NCBI GenBank assembly: GCA_017499595.2
Contig: CM039000.1
Span: 4,030,001-4,094,000 of the forward strand
Direction: 5' to 3'
Origin: Psilocybe cubensis
Lineage: Eukaryota
Length of the DNA stretch: 64,000 nt
Shown: positions 63,121-64,000 of the stretch, one piece after another
Layout: each line of letters begins with the position of its first letter
Numbering within the stretch: position 1 is the first letter of the stretch
Notes under the pieces: generated by a model
What the model was told of the DNA's origin: nothing
Databases searched by the model: none
The model's input: only the letters and a program-made list of their open reading frames with translations
Program-made: the position numbers and the translations under genes

Positions 63121-64000
63121 TGTGTAACGTGAGTCGGAAATTGAACTCAGAGTAGAATGTTGACTAGATTGCTCTTTAATACGCCTACGATTTAGTTAAT
63201 GGAGTAGGTATGCATCCCCTTATGTAAGTACAGTGTAGTATTTACACTGTTTGTGGTCGGTAGCAATATCTTCCGTATTAATAGGGGAACCATTCTGTGT
63301 ACATATTCGTACAGGCCTTCTCAAGTTCGACCTATAAATAATGGACATCGATTTCATTAACAAGAAATAGAAATTTCGCGGAAAAACCTTCAAAGGGTGT
63401 CATGGGCCTTCGCCAAACCCATTTTTGAAGTCGTGAATTTAATTATAAATGCCCTTTACGAAGTTCACCAGGGGTGATACATAATGCATCATAAGCATCC
63501 AGAGGGAGTGGAGAAATATCTTTCTCGTGAGAAGAAAGTTGCGTATCTTCCTCGGGAGAAGACGATGATTCGACAGAATACTGTTATCAGCAGCAGCATT
63601 CCTAGAGTTATTTACTTTTCAAATTGGAATGCATGCTAGAGCTTTGGGAAAAGATATCGTACCGTAGTTGATGTAAACTCAAATAACTCAACTTCTCAAG
63701 AGTATGACATATCGCTATCAAGGATCTGAAGTAGGTATTATTTGGATTATATGGAACTAACATTTATCATGTTGTTTACGCAGTTTCGCAATGATTTTAG
63801 TCCCTTCAGACCCGATTTCAGTCTTTTCGGCCTCGATTACGACGTTTTCAGGGATACTTCGAATTTTTTGAGTGATCAAAAAAGCAATGTTGCTTTGATT
63901 ATATTGATGATCCAACGCTCCACTGGCAGATCTTCGGAAGAATTCCTGCGGAGAAGGAAATCGTATTCAAATTTTTTGATCAAACCGTTGCAAAATTATG

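Overview
This is an intron-rich fungal window, inferred to be a basidiomycete (Agaricomycete) from its gene families. About 40 kb of it is three large DNA transposons inserted into a small tandem forkhead-gene locus. (1) An outer Plavaka-type element at 15276-41188 has CATCAG termini and a GG target duplication. It sits exactly on the intron donor of a forkhead gene, whose exon 2 is now 26 kb away. (2) An 18.5-kb inner Plavaka-type element at 16156-34692 has CATCAG termini and a TG duplication, and it splits the outer transposase. It carries its own transposase plus host-like cargo: an Spt5-like NGN/KOW gene, a JmjC-like dioxygenase, a cyclin and a DUF6532-like gene. A solo LTR at 16680-17129 is nested inside it. 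(3) A 13.9-kb CxC2-KDZ transposon at 41517-55449 has TGTTACACTGT inverted ends and four accessory genes. Flanking host genes are two tandem membrane proteins, an auxilin/Swa2-like gene, a further forkhead gene, a MYND-finger gene, a forkhead pseudogene, a truncated archaemetzincin, a DUF3328/UstYa-like gene and an S53 peptidase with an altered catalytic Asp. Exon boundaries were read by eye and domain calls come from motif recognition, not from database searches.
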